IMG/VR virus record: IMGVR_UViG_3300032038_006680 | Location: 17,264 to 81,263 of that record | Source of the DNA: a virus | Lineage: Duplodnaviria; Caudoviricetes | DNA length: 64,000 nt | Reading direction: 5' to 3' (one strand) | Part shown: positions 29,625-39,593 of the stretch, piece after piece | Position numbering within the stretch: the first letter of the stretch is position 1 | Layout: each line of letters begins with the position of its first letter | Notes under the pieces: generated by a model | Seen by the model: the letters and a program-made list of their open reading frames with translations, nothing else | Told to the model about the DNA's origin: nothing | Database searches by the model: none | Translations under genes and position numbers: made by a program

Positions 29625-30043
29625 TTATTCGAGACCGACATTCACGCTGTCTGACAGTTCTTCCTGAGCCTTATGTTTGGCCCATGCTGACTCAACTTTC
29701 TTTATCTGTGTTTTCGCGCCTTTGAGAGAAGTAACAAGCAGGTCACAGTAAGAGTTCAGTTTGTCGGTATCGACTTCGAACTCATCAACCATTTCCTGTA
29801 TTTTATCAAAAAGTTTGAGTATTCCGTTGTCATGGAAATAATTTCCGATTGGCGTTGATTCTTCTTGTCTGATTAGCACTGTTCTGCCTCTACTTTTTCT
29901 GAGATTTGGTAATCGTTTTCGGGATAAAAATATTTGCAAGATAAGCATTTTCTTTTCCGTGGTTTTCCAAAACGGTAAGCACACATCGTACAGTTTATTG
30001 ACAAATATTTTCTAAACCTGTTTCTTTTTTTATAAGCTTTCAT
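29625..30043 (-). CDS. Two hypothetical genes (29625..29879 with GTG start; 29873..30043, Cys-rich and basic)
   Basis: Hand translation: MKAYKKRNRF...CTMC...CLSC... overlaps the GTG of MLIRQEESTP... Confidence 0.5.
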
Positions 30044-30086
30044 ATTTTACCTTTGTCTACTTTAATGGTGGCGAAAAAGGACGCCT

Positions 30087-30260
30087 GGTAGCAATAGAAT
30101 TTTGGATTGAAGTACCCCCAGCTAAGCAAAGGGATTCCGACGGCTCTCACGAGACTCGTCTTTCTGTTTCAACGGACGCTCCGAAATGAACCAAAGCGAG
30201 TTCAGCCATTCCTTCCACGCCCTCCGCAGACCTAAATTCCTGTCCTTCCGACAGTATTTT
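30087..30260 (-). ncRNA. Predicted omegaRNA (scaffold overlapping the tnpB 3' end; guide about TCCAAAATTCTATTGCTACC)
   Basis: Inferred from standard TnpB locus geometry and the TCAA end; 5' boundary is approximate. Confidence 0.5.
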
Positions 30261-31400
30261 TATTGCGTTAAGTTTCAAGTTGATTGCCGCATTTACATCA
30301 CGGTTATGCTCTGTATGACATACAGGACAAACCCAGTGACGAGTAGAAAGCGTCAAATCCGTTTTCTTATATCCGCAAGTATGGCACAGTTTGGAACTCG
30401 GAAAGAACCTGTCGGACTTCACGACCGAACACTCAAATCTGTTTGATTTATCAATCAGTCTAGCTGTGAATGTTCCCCATGAAGTATCAACATAGTTTCT
30501 TGCGTTCCTGCTGGCTCTCAGAAGACCTTTGGTTGTCAAATCTTCGATTCCAATCACATTGAAGCTCCTGACAAGCCTGAGCGTTTCTTTCTCAATCCAG
30601 TCCTTTCGTGAAGAAGCAATGTGCTGTTCTAAGCGGGCAACTTTTATTCTTGCTTTTTCACGATTCTTAGAACCTTTCCGTTTCCTTTCAAGCCGTCTCT
30701 CCAGCTTTCTCAATTGTTTAAGATGAGCCTGCTTCTGCGGGATATATCCAAAATCCCTGCATGTCATGCCGCATGATGAAACATACAAATCAGCAGGAGA
30801 GAAGTCTAAACCTATCGCTTGGTTCTCGCTTTTAGATTTAGGCTGTTCTTCTACCTCAAAAAGTATGCTTGCGTAATACTGACCGCTAGGATTCCTGCTT
30901 ACGGTTATGTTGCGGACCTTATCATCAACATTGAGCCATTTGGGAAGCTCCCGGTTTCTGAACCTGACTTCACCGATTTTAGGAAGCGTTATCCTTCTTG
31001 CGTTCCAAAAGAACTTGCAGTTATTGTTGATGTTTATCTCCCTGTATGAGTTCTTCTGTTTCTTTGAATGAAACCTTGGAAACTTTGCAAGACCTTTGAA
31101 GAACCTCTGGAACGCTCCCTCTTGGTCTCTCCGTGACTGCTGCAAAGCAACGGAGCTTACCTCTTTCATATACTCATACCGTTGTTTCAATTCTTTTTCG
31201 GTAGGTGCCTTGTACGACTTGTATAAAGCGGCTTTCTCCTGTTTGGTAAGTTCCTTATCTTTTATGTTCTCATCATAGAAATCTAATCGTGAAGCAAGCA
31301 TGGTGTTGTATACCTGACGACAACAGCCAAGCGTCTTGTTTATTAAGACAGCCTGTTCTTGAGTCGGATATATTCTTACTTTTAATGACAAGTGTTTCAC
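30147..31400 (-). CDS. tnpB: TnpB RNA-guided endonuclease
   Basis: KVRIYPT.EQ...GCCR.VYN; RuvC D (IGLD), E (GIEDL), D (RDVNAA) all present; PSSKLCHTCG and CPVC zinc finger. Confidence 0.95.
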   Translation of the reverse strand: MKHLSLKVRIYPTQEQAVLINKTLGCCRQVYNTMLASRLDFYDENIKDKELTKQEKAALYKSYKAPTEKELKQRYEYMKEVSSVALQQSRRDQEGAFQRFFKGLAKFPRFHSKKQKNSYREININNNCKFFWNARRITLPKIGEVRFRNRELPKWLNVDDKVRNITVSRNPSGQYYASILFEVEEQPKSKSENQAIGLDFSPADLYVSSCGMTCRDFGYIPQKQAHLKQLRKLERRLERKRKGSKNREKARIKVARLEQHIASSRKDWIEKETLRLVRSFNVIGIEDLTTKGLLRASRNARNYVDTSWGTFTARLIDKSNRFECSVVKSDRFFPSSKLCHTCGYKKTDLTLSTRHWVCPVCHTEHNRDVNAAINLKLNAIKILSEGQEFRSAEGVEGMAELALVHFGASVETERRVS

Positions 31401-31423
31401 AGTTCTATCACCTATATATCACT

Positions 31424-31492
31424 ATTATATCTAATATCTTTTATATGTCAAGGTTATATCTACTTGAAATATCTAAGATATTGATTTATTAT
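31424..31492. promoter_or_regulatory. Divergent promoters: TTGACA-N16-TATAAT (tnpB) and TTGAAA-N17-TATTAT (RHH), with ATATCT repeats
   Basis: Boxes at 31451-31446/31429-31424 and 31464-31469/31487-31492; AATATCT-A-AGATATT palindrome. Confidence 0.7.
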
Positions 31493-31499
31493 TATTCCC

Positions 31500-31646
31500 A
31501 TGATTGGAAAAAACAGTACAAAACTCATATTCACATTGCCTAAAACTTTATATTCTCAGTTGAAACAGGAGGCTGAAGAACAGAACAGAAGCATGGCAAA
31601 TCTCATCGTTGTTATACTGACTGATTACTTCAAGAAGAAAAGGTGA
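31500..31646 (+). CDS. Ribbon-helix-helix (Arc/CopG-like) repressor, 48 aa
   Basis: Hand translation: MIGKNSTKLIFTLPKTLYSQLKQEAEEQNRSMANLIVVILTDYFKKKR. Confidence 0.75.
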   Translation: MIGKNSTKLIFTLPKTLYSQLKQEAEEQNRSMANLIVVILTDYFKKKR

Positions 31647-31658
31647 TTCATCTTCCTC

Positions 31659-32551
31659 CTAAAGGAAAGGGGTTTCTCGTCCTTTTTCTCCACCAATAAA
31701 TGTTGAAACTTCGATAGATGTAAGTCTTGTTTTCCCAAAACGACGACCTACAGACAAGGAAGATATAAGCTTCTCTCTATTTATTCTATTTATCTCGTTT
31801 GCACGATACCATGATTTCGGTTTTATATATGCTGTCCAATTCATATTATTTTCTTCTTTTACCTAATGTGAATTTTGCTCCACAGGCAACGCAAATACCA
31901 TTAAAAGACCCTTTTCTTGATTGTTTTAATGTTCCATTACATTTTACGCACTTCACTTGACTGATTCGATTTTTCATAAATTCATCAATTTGTGAGGAAT
32001 GATTTTTTCTAGGCTTGCGTTTTATCAATCCTAATTGCATTGCTATTTGTTTATATTCTTTCCCCACCCAGGCGTCACAATCTCCGTCACCTAGCATTTC
32101 GCCCAGACGGATAAATTGCGACCATAAGAACTCGTTATCATCAAATGATTTGTTCATAAATTTATTTGACCTTTTCATAAATATAACTTGGACATAATAT
32201 GTGATTACAAAGACCTTTTTCATCATATAAACAAAAACAATAGTTCTCCCAAGTAAGGTTCCCCTGTACCTCATAACTGCCATCATCATTCGTTACTTTT
32301 ATTAAATCACCTTCACAGCAAGGTGTTCCATTCTTATCCTGAATATATCCGCCTCTCGTAAGATGAGATTCTATTCCTGGCAGGGAATCAAGAAATGCCA
32401 TAGCTTTCTTATAATCATCGTTATAGGCTTCGTGCTGTCCGTTCCATGCAGGGTCAATATTGTTTGTCTTGGCGATGTTGATTTGTTTCTTGATCCAATC
32501 AACAAGTTCCTTAGTTTCCTGCTTCATTGTCTTGCCTCTCATAAGATTCAA
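31659..32551 (-). CDS. Three hypothetical genes (31659..31844; 31846..~32152; 32162..~32527, YopX-like C-terminus)
   Basis: DKNGTPCCEGDLI resembles YopX; track starts are probably too far upstream. Confidence 0.45.
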
Positions 32552-32873
32552 TCAATTTATTTATGTACCACACGGACTTTTTAAGCTCTTGTACGACTTC
32601 ATCTTTCTTACCTGCCCTGCAAAGGTATTTTATTGCGTTACAGTGGAGAAAACCCCTGTACTCTTCTTCCGATACCCATGCTTTAAGTACCTTCACACAT
32701 TCGTAAGTCGTGTCTCCGCCATATCGTGCAGGATGATTGATAACTTTCTTGTCATCTTCGAATTTAAGTTCATTTGTATATGCTTTCATCTCCTTGCCGA
32801 AAACCTCATCTGCGTAAAATGGTGCACACCCAATTTCTTTTAGTCTGTCGTCAATCAATTTCTTATTGTTCAT
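32511..32873 (-). CDS. DUF3310-like protein
   Basis: VINHPARYG...GFL..NAIKYL.RAGKK...ELKKS.WY. Confidence 0.8.
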   Translation of the reverse strand: MNNKKLIDDRLKEIGCAPFYADEVFGKEMKAYTNELKFEDDKKVINHPARYGGDTTYECVKVLKAWVSEEEYRGFLHCNAIKYLCRAGKKDEVVQELKKSVWYINKLIESYERQDNEAGN

Positions 32874-32897
32874 TTTTCTTGCTTCTCCTTATGCTCT

Positions 32898-33224
32898 TTA
32901 CTTCCCTATTTTTACGCTTCCACCTGCGTCAACATCACCACCAACAGTCCCGCAAACAACAGAACCGCCTGCATCGACTCTTCCTCCGACATTTCCACAG
33001 TGACACGAGCCACCACAATCTATATCTCCCTTAACATTGCCAGTAATATGAACGCTTCCCGCACATTTTATGTTTCTGACATCGCCCGTGATATAGACAT
33101 CTTTGAACTTTGTGTTTTCATCGCCGACTTTCACTTCTTCGCCGTCAACGAATACTTTTCCGTTTTTGACGGTGATGTTACCGCCCGTAATATTTTCAAA
33201 GCAAATACCGTTAATCTGTATCAT
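32898..33224 (-). CDS. Gly-rich beta-helix-like repeat protein
   Basis: GDV/GNV..(C/A)GGSV repeats. Confidence 0.55.
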   Translation of the reverse strand: MIQINGICFENITGGNITVKNGKVFVDGEEVKVGDENTKFKDVYITGDVRNIKCAGSVHITGNVKGDIDCGGSCHCGNVGGRVDAGGSVVCGTVGGDVDAGGSVKIGK

Positions 33225-33236
33225 TTATTCCTCCTT

Positions 33237-33515
33237 TTACCAATAGATCGAAATTGTCTTATCCATATTGACTTTGTATGAAAAATGCTTGTCGCTGAGT
33301 TCCTTGACGACAAGGTTTATCGGAGAGCTGAACCTCGACTCATCAATCTCAATGTCGACTTCCATAAGAATGTCGCTGACTGATATGGTCACTTTCGTGT
33401 AGCCACGGTCAGCACCTCTCGCAATTTTAGCTGCGACTCAGTTCATAATCGCCTTGAATCGCGGGGTGTTCTTGATTGTGAGTTTCCTGTAAGATTTTGC
33501 GTTTCTCAGTTTCAT
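33237..33515 (-). pseudogene. 93-codon ORF with an in-frame TGA at codon 26 (33440-33438)
   Basis: MKLRNAK...KAIMN*VAAKIARG...TISIYW. Confidence 0.6.
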
Positions 33516-33517
33516 TT

Positions 33518-34207
33518 TTACTGCTCCTTCCTGTTCGTTTTCCTCTGCTCGTATTCTTCTTTGGTTATTTCAACCATATTGCCGTCTTTCTCTCCGTAAT
33601 AGCGGTTGATTTCAACTTTCTTTCCATTGGGAGTAATGCAATACAAAATAGCTTCGGTATTGTAGTCACCGTTATCACCCTCAAACCCCTTTGCAATGAA
33701 TGATTCCGTGTACACCTTATCCCTGTCTTTTTCAGGATAGTAAGGAAAAGTAATCGGAAAAATCTCGTTTACGATTTTGGAAACAAGACCACTTGAATAT
33801 CCGTGACCTTTCTCATCAATTCCGACATAGCGGGAATTGTCACCGTATGACACAGAACCATTTTTATTCACAGTTTTGAACAGTGATGAAAGTCTGTTGC
33901 ACTGGTACACGGTTTCATCACTGTTATCTGAAAAACCCTTAATCTCATTCCAAACATCTTCAGTGTCCTCTATCGGTGTGAGAGGTCTTTCATTCAAAAG
34001 CCTTTCAAGAATGTTTCTTGTTATTGCAAAAGAAGCACCACTATGGTCATCTTCCATAAGCGACTTGTATGCTTTCAAGGCACTCTGATAACAGCTGCAT
34101 CCATAATCAAAATTCTCTCCGTTCCAGTTAGGATTTTCCTTCTTACAGGCAATCTTTACTTCATTCTCAGCCCATTTAGTCATTGACATTTTATTTCCTC
34201 CATTCAA
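33518..34207 (-). CDS. Conserved phage hypothetical protein
   Basis: WAENEV.IAC...L.RLL..RPLTPIED. Confidence 0.6.
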   Translation of the reverse strand: MNGGNKMSMTKWAENEVKIACKKENPNWNGENFDYGCSCYQSALKAYKSLMEDDHSGASFAITRNILERLLNERPLTPIEDTEDVWNEIKGFSDNSDETVYQCNRLSSLFKTVNKNGSVSYGDNSRYVGIDEKGHGYSSGLVSKIVNEIFPITFPYYPEKDRDKVYTESFIAKGFEGDNGDYNTEAILYCITPNGKKVEINRYYGEKDGNMVEITKEEYEQRKTNRKEQ

Positions 34208-34865
34208 TCTTTTTCTTTTCTGATAAACCGCAACATTTTGTCTCTGTGCAGTAACTGACTTTCATACATTTAGGAACAAATAGATTTTTAGCAACCTGTT
34301 TCCATTCATCGTCAATCTCAGAAAGCTGAACCGAAAGCAAAGTTGCAAACGCCCGCATTTCTTTATAAGCCCTCGTACAAAGTCGCTGGTTCATAAGGTT
34401 CTCAATCATTCTAAGGTTAGTCTTCATAACGACCTTAGACATCATTCCGAGAGGCAGTAAATTGGCAGCGTCCTCTTTCTTCATACCTTCCTCGATCAGA
34501 AGCTTGTAGTAATGAGCGGCAGATTCCATAGCCTCGTCATAAAGCTTCTTCAAGTCTTCGTTTTCAGTCGGCGTGTAATACGAAAAGTTGTCGTAATCAA
34601 TGTATCTTGTCGAAGCCTGTAAGCGTGTCGGCCCGCCTGCGATGTGCGTGTACAATTCTCGAACGGCTCTTGCTGACATATCCTCTACGACGAACTCCAC
34701 AGAGACATACTCAAGTACGCGACCGTGACCGCTCTTTATGCAGTCAATGGCACGCCTGACGTTCTTATCTTTGTCTGAAATGTCTCCGCCCCAACAGATT
34801 CCGGCTCTCTCGCCTATCGTCTGGAGCGGATTTTTAGTTGTTCCGTTCAGTATTGTTATTTTCAT
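34191..34865 (-). CDS. thyX: Flavin-dependent thymidylate synthase
   Basis: SGHGRVLEY, SARAVRELYTH, LQASTRY, DAANLLP. Confidence 0.85.
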   Translation of the reverse strand: MKITILNGTTKNPLQTIGERAGICWGGDISDKDKNVRRAIDCIKSGHGRVLEYVSVEFVVEDMSARAVRELYTHIAGGPTRLQASTRYIDYDNFSYYTPTENEDLKKLYDEAMESAAHYYKLLIEEGMKKEDAANLLPLGMMSKVVMKTNLRMIENLMNQRLCTRAYKEMRAFATLLSVQLSEIDDEWKQVAKNLFVPKCMKVSYCTETKCCGLSEKKKIEWRK

Positions 34866-35196
34866 TTAATCTCCTTTCTGTCTCCATAAATAACAAGGGC
34901 AGTCTGTAAATATAAAGCCAAGGCATATATAGCCATCGCACCCGCCATTACTGTGATAAAAGACACAATTTTCTTTTGATTTTTCTATCTTTAAGAAAAT
35001 TTGACAGCGTCTTTTACCCTTGTATCATTCTTCCATTCTTCAAACAACTTTTCTGCTTTTTCATAAGCACAGTTCGGAACATCCATTTTTGAATCTGGAT
35101 TTGCTTTGTAATATAAAGCGTGTGCAATTGCTTCTATCATATCAGTCCTGTTAAAGAGATAATAAGTTTTGTTATCTCGCTTAATCTCAAAGCCTT

Positions 35197-35372
35197 TCAC
35201 CATTCAATCTCCTTCTCCATAATTACAGCCAATTTATAAGCTAGTTTATAAATCTTTTTACACAATCTCTATGCTTTAGGATTCTTGAATCGCTTATAAT
35301 CTCCTTCCGCACCAATATCTAAAAAATTCACGAGATCAAATAAGGCTTTCTTTCTTCCTCGTTTTTATTCAT
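35197..35372 (-). pseudogene. Broken small gene (frameshift plus in-frame TAG at 35271-35269), paralog of the broken gene near 45870..46047
   Basis: ALFDLVNFLDIGAEGDY...KA*RLCKK..KLAVIMEKE versus TLFDKINFTTLGAESDY/...KLAVLMEKE. Confidence 0.55.
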
Positions 35373-35374
35373 AT

Positions 35375-35719
35375 TTATTTAATCTCCTTTGGCGGTATGA
35401 TTTCTTTCCAAGCATAAGGACAACAAACTTCTTTATGTTCTTGATTAGTCCAACTCAAAAATAATTCTTCATATTTAGCAACATAATAGATACCATTAGA
35501 AGAAATACACCACTTGTAATCTTCATCTTTCGGTAAATCTCCGTCTTTCACAAAATGCCATTCATTAGCCTTGTCATAGCCGAACTCTGCACCTTGCTGA
35601 AAGGCTTCCTGTATAGTCACATTTATTACGCTTTTTGCATATTCAGAACCATCATTCCTTTTAGCCGCTTCATAATGAGTGTGTAAAAGTTTATACTCTT
35701 CTGCTTCTTTCTCAAACAT
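35375..35719 (-). CDS. MFEKEAEE-family protein with DUF551-like C-terminus
   Basis: MFEKEAEE...GAEFGY.KANEWH.VKDGDLP...WKEI.PP. Confidence 0.6.
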   Translation of the reverse strand: MFEKEAEEYKLLHTHYEAAKRNDGSEYAKSVINVTIQEAFQQGAEFGYDKANEWHFVKDGDLPKDEDYKWCISSNGIYYVAKYEELFLSWTNQEHKEVCCPYAWKEIIPPKEIK

Positions 35720-36136
35720 AAATTTACTCCTTAAAAACAACCACCATAAATAGTTTCAAGAATATGTGGGATACTTCTTTTTTTTGTGTATTCTTCATAC
35801 ACTTCTAAAGCTTTTTGAAATTCAATATCCCTTGCTTCTTCTGTTGTAAAAATATCAGAAATATACACGACTTTCTTACCACTCATAACTATAATTTGTT
35901 TTCCGCTCATAATTTACTCCTTAATCAAACAGTGTCGGTGAATTATCAACAGATTTTTCTACCTTTACTCCATTCCCGTTCGATTTTTCGCACTACGGCT
36001 TCCATTCCTTGAAAAGAAACACTTCCGAGACAGTCAGCCATATATGCAAAAGCAACTATCTGCCCTTTCTCAAAGGCGGTTGCCTTGTCGGCAACTTCAC
36101 CTTTTATTTCCTCGTATTCGTCAAGGCTCATAAGTA

Positions 36137-36838
36137 TCATTCATACACTCCACAAAGGCTTCCGTCAAGAAATGTGTACATCTCAAACAATCGGTCAAAT
36201 GTTATCGGCTTTGCTTTAACACCGACCTCGACAAAATTATCACCGAAGCCGACAATCATTCTTCTTCTGCCGTCAACCTTGTGCTTCACCCAAATGTCAA
36301 CCATCTGCAACGGATTTACTGAATATCCGACTTTTTCATGTTCCCAATAATAAACAAGCTCATTACAACTTTTGAATGGTCGGAATGTTTTTTCTTTTGT
36401 TCCATTCCAATGCGAAAGAATCCTTTGAAAGACATTATCAGCAGTAAGGTTTCCCAATACAGAATCATCTTTTTCTTCTTTTTCTGTTAAAAGTCCTCGT
36501 ATTTCAAGAAGGTCGTTTTGACTTCCATAACTGAATAAATGTTCAATTACAGAACACACACACTTTTCGTCTTTTGGATAGCAAATCTGATAACCATTTC
36601 TAAAATCGTTATGCTCTATCCATTTAAACGGAATATGATTTTCTTCAAGCAGCGATTTCAGTTTGAATATTTCGTTATATTTTTCTGACGGTTTTACTCG
36701 ATACAATTTGGCATCAAAACCTGCAAAATTAGGGTCTGATAAATCACACCATTCATTACCAATTTTATGTTGAATAGTCTTTCCATTTGCATAAGCCTGT
36801 ATTATCGGCAGCAGTTCTTTTGCTCGTTCTTTAGTCAT
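36137..36838 (-). CDS. Mosaic hypothetical protein; C-terminal domain paralogous to 50358..50639
   Basis: (F/Y)RPFK...ELV/I...WVK...FLDG..CGV.E. Confidence 0.55.
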   Translation of the reverse strand: MTKERAKELLPIIQAYANGKTIQHKIGNEWCDLSDPNFAGFDAKLYRVKPSEKYNEIFKLKSLLEENHIPFKWIEHNDFRNGYQICYPKDEKCVCSVIEHLFSYGSQNDLLEIRGLLTEKEEKDDSVLGNLTADNVFQRILSHWNGTKEKTFRPFKSCNELVYYWEHEKVGYSVNPLQMVDIWVKHKVDGRRRMIVGFGDNFVEVGVKAKPITFDRLFEMYTFLDGSLCGVYE

Positions 36839-37456
36839 TCAGCTTTTACTCCTTACATACTTCTGCATATCAAGCACCTTTATCTTGGGGCTGTCCTCAT
36901 ATTCCCAATCCCAAATCATCCAGCAACTGACAATCATTCCCACAGAAACCTTGCCATTCACTTCCGGCTTATCAAAGGCTATCATGCGGTCAAAAGGTAA
37001 TACCCATTTCAAGTTCTCCCATAAGCCGCCCACATTGCGGTTATGAGCACCGAAGAAGTTCATCTTGCCGATAGAGTAAACATATTTCGCCTGCGATTTT
37101 GCTTTCTTCACGAACTCGTCAAAGAGTTTGAAAGGCGGGTTCATAATGATTACATCGTACTCCGTAAGGTCTGCGTACCTTCCGTCCTTATTCTTTTTGA
37201 GGAAATCATCGCCGTACATAATGTCCTTTTCAGTGATGTTCGTATAACCGTAACCTCTCAGCACATTGCCGATTGCGTAATATCCACAACAGGGGTCGAA
37301 TATCCTTAAATTGTCCTTGTCCGCAAACTGTGTGAACAGTCCGCTTTCAAGAAGTTCTTTAACCATACAAGAAGGAGTCGGATAAAAATCTCCCCGTGGT
37401 CTCTGAGACTCAGGCTTTCTGTTTGCGTATGCTTTACCTTTAAACATCAGATACAC
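36839..37456 (-). CDS. DNA adenine methyltransferase
   Basis: DFYPTP, FDPCCG, IMNPPF. Confidence 0.85.
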   Translation of the reverse strand: MYLMFKGKAYANRKPESQRPRGDFYPTPSCMVKELLESGLFTQFADKDNLRIFDPCCGYYAIGNVLRGYGYTNITEKDIMYGDDFLKKNKDGRYADLTEYDVIIMNPPFKLFDEFVKKAKSQAKYVYSIGKMNFFGAHNRNVGGLWENLKWVLPFDRMIAFDKPEVNGKVSVGMIVSCWMIWDWEYEDSPKIKVLDMQKYVRSKS

Positions 37457-38159
37457 CTCTTTTTATTTCTTCCAGAAGTTTTCTTGGAATGCGAGGGCCA
37501 CAGTGTAATCCCCAGCGGTAGATTTTCACCCTGTCTTTTCCAATGGCTTCGTACAGCATCTTCTTGTCAATATTTGTTGTCGGAGTTGCAGTAATGAATA
37601 TTTTCTTAACCTTCCAGTTCGGCTGATGATTGGCAAGATAATCATTCTGTGCAATAAGCTTCACAGGGTCGTCGCAGTCATCCGCAATCAGAATGCCAGG
37701 AATATCAGAACCAGGTAAGTAAGCCTTTGCAATATCAAAGGTTGGAAAAAATGTAATTCTGCTATTCTCGTTCTTGATTTGCAAATTCATAACTGAACGC
37801 TCTGTAACTCCAATCTGGTATCGAGATTTGTTATACATCCACATTGCCCTTATAGAATTGCCACACAAAACCCCTATTTCTTTATGATTTTCAAAGGCTT
37901 TTCTCATAAGTTGAAAGACCGTAAATGTCTTTCCGCTCCTTCTGCGTCCGTATACGATTACGATGGGCTTCCTGCAATGCAGGGCAAACCACTGACAGAG
38001 ATAGAACTTTGTTTTCTGTCTTTTCACCTTTAATGATTTAAGTCCACTTTCCTTTTTAAATCGTGATTCGATTTCTTTATTAGCTTTCGTTATGGAAATT
38101 AAGCAGACAATCTGAAAGAGTGCACAAATAATCTGTATTAAAGCTAGAACAATTCTCAT
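37440..38159 (-). CDS. P-loop NTPase-like protein
   Basis: YGRRRSGKTF (Walker A), LIADD (Walker B), FITATP. Confidence 0.55.
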   Translation of the reverse strand: MRIVLALIQIICALFQIVCLISITKANKEIESRFKKESGLKSLKVKRQKTKFYLCQWFALHCRKPIVIVYGRRRSGKTFTVFQLMRKAFENHKEIGVLCGNSIRAMWMYNKSRYQIGVTERSVMNLQIKNENSRITFFPTFDIAKAYLPGSDIPGILIADDCDDPVKLIAQNDYLANHQPNWKVKKIFITATPTTNIDKKMLYEAIGKDRVKIYRWGLHCGPRIPRKLLEEIKRGVSDV

Positions 38160-38713
38160 TTATTCCCCTTACAGTATTTTACCCAAATCTCAACGGCTAC
38201 TTCCCGCCCGTATTTTTCCTGAATGTATTTAAGAGCTTTTATGTCACCGACATCACTCTGCTCTGCCATAATCGCAAACCGCTCAAAGGCTTCGTACTCA
38301 AGTTCAGGCATCTGTGCTCCCGATTGTCAGAAGCTCGATGCACTTCACGAGAATGTCAGTCCTTTTCTTATAAAGCGTGTCGAATTCATCAATCTGTTCA
38401 TTCATTTTTTTTACAAGGAAGCCAGCGAATATGTCGTTTTCCAACTCTTTGTCATGTTCCCGTATCTCGCGAACTTTGCGAAGATTACCGTGAACCGTAT
38501 CACAGCAATCATTAAGCTTTTGCAAGTCGGCCCTGAGATAAGTGAGAATGAAATCTGCGTCTTTTTGAGTGAGAGTTATGTCCAATCTTATTTTCCCTCA
38601 GAAATATCCGTCTACTCACGGAAAACGAGATACCAGTCCTTTAGAAAAATTGCACGAATCCAAAGGCAAAAAAAATCGGTAAACCTTGCCATTTTACGCA
38701 TGACTGCGAAGTA

Positions 38714-38811
38714 TGTTCCCGAAGGGAATCGAACCCTTATGCCCTGAAAGGCAACTCGAAGAAAACAGTCAGTAAACTTCGCGCCCTGTCTTACCATTCC
38801 AGCACGGAAAC
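38714..38811 (-). ncRNA. tRNA-Leu-like RNA with an enlarged anticodon arm (98 nt)
   Basis: Acceptor GTTTCCG/CGGGAAC plus A73; D-arm CTG-GAATGGTAAGA-CAG; variable arm TGCCT/GGGCA; T-arm AAGGG-TTCGATT-CCCTT; anticodon arm 31 nt instead of 17. Confidence 0.7.
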
Positions 38812-38965
38812 AATAATCCGCATCGTTTCATTGGCAGAGCGATTTTCATTGACCAGTGCCGCATAGTCCCACCGTTTGACTTGTCAGGGGTCTACATTTG
38901 CAGGTTTTAGGTGATTATCCAATGCTTTCTCACCAGTTTTTTTTAACGAGGTTATCAATCCTCAA

Positions 38966-39038
38966 TGGGACATCTTGGACTTGAACCAAGGACCAAAGGA
39001 TTATGAGTCCTCTGCTCTGACCACTGAGCTAATGTCCC
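38966..39038 (-). tRNA. tRNA-Met/Ile2 (CAT), non-initiator
   Basis: GGGACAT/ATGTCCC acceptor; GAGGA-CTCATAA-TCCTT; CTTGG-TTCAAGT-CCAAG; CCA not encoded. Confidence 0.9.
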
Positions 39039-39149
39039 GTAACGCCCGAATCGTGCCACTTCAAGGCGGGGTTTATCGCACTCCTGCGGTCCAAAATTTT
39101 GCTTTTTAAAGAGGTGTTTCAATGGCAATCCTTCCGGCACGGGATTGTT

Positions 39150-39359
39150 TTATTCAAAATCAATATCAAGCTCTTTGTAGCCTTCTGATTCATAAGCATC
39201 TTTGTCAAAATCTCTTTCACTAAGGACAGCCGCTACGAGCCCGTCAAGATGCCAGAAATTTTGATTTCTGGCACACTGCTCCCTCGTTCCGAAAAACTTT
39301 ATGTACCTCTTCCTGAATACTGAGCCTTCGCTGAAAATGAAATACCAGTTCTGTTTCAT
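39150..39359 (-). CDS. Hypothetical protein
   Basis: ORF track; RBS GAGG. Confidence 0.5.
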   Translation of the reverse strand: MKQNWYFIFSEGSVFRKRYIKFFGTREQCARNQNFWHLDGLVAAVLSERDFDKDAYESEGYKELDIDFE

Positions 39360-39464
39360 TTTTCCTCGCAGGGATGTCCGCCCAAGTTTCCCTGAGCGGA
39401 CTGAAAAAATTCGCCTATAACGGGTGGGGCCATTATGGGTTGAAACGGCAACGCCGTTCTTTTG

Positions 39465-39523
39465 AGTAACTTCCGTTACTTTATGATATTAATATAAATC
39501 ATTTTTGTTACTTAATCAAGTAA
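39465..39523 (-). promoter_or_regulatory. Promoter TTGATT-N17-TATATT with AGTAAC-N4-GTTACT operator
   Basis: -35 at 39519-39514, -10 at 39496-39491; inverted repeats at 39465-39480 and 39508-39523; divergent from the XRE gene. Confidence 0.65.
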
Positions 39524-39593
39524 AAAATAGTAACATTTGTGATTTTTAAGAAATTTTAGTAATATTTGTGCCACAAATGCCGAAAAAATTAGT

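Larger units (their letters stand above)
30107..31646 (-). mobile_element. IS200/IS605-family non-autonomous element (tnpB plus divergent RHH gene, no tnpA)
   Basis: Right end GAATCCC..GCTTAGC.GGGGGTACTTCAA ending in TCAA at 30107; left boundary inferred near 31646. Confidence 0.7.

Noticed and set aside
30087-30106. A second target for the TnpB guide elsewhere in the window
   Set aside because: No convincing match was found by eye beyond short AT-rich seeds; a proper search is needed.
37440-38159. Terminase large subunit
   Set aside because: Only a P-loop domain of about 240 aa, with no recognisable nuclease domain and outside any packaging module.
38195-38220. Similarity to the lipoprotein promoter spacer (GGCGGGAAG..TAG)
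   Set aside because: It lies within a plausible short ORF (MPELEYEAF...KGNK) and lacks correctly spaced promoter boxes.
38714-38811. Intron-containing or ochre-suppressor tRNA
   Set aside because: No contiguous 14-nt removal gives a canonical 7-nt loop, and the TTA triplet is not positioned in a normal loop.
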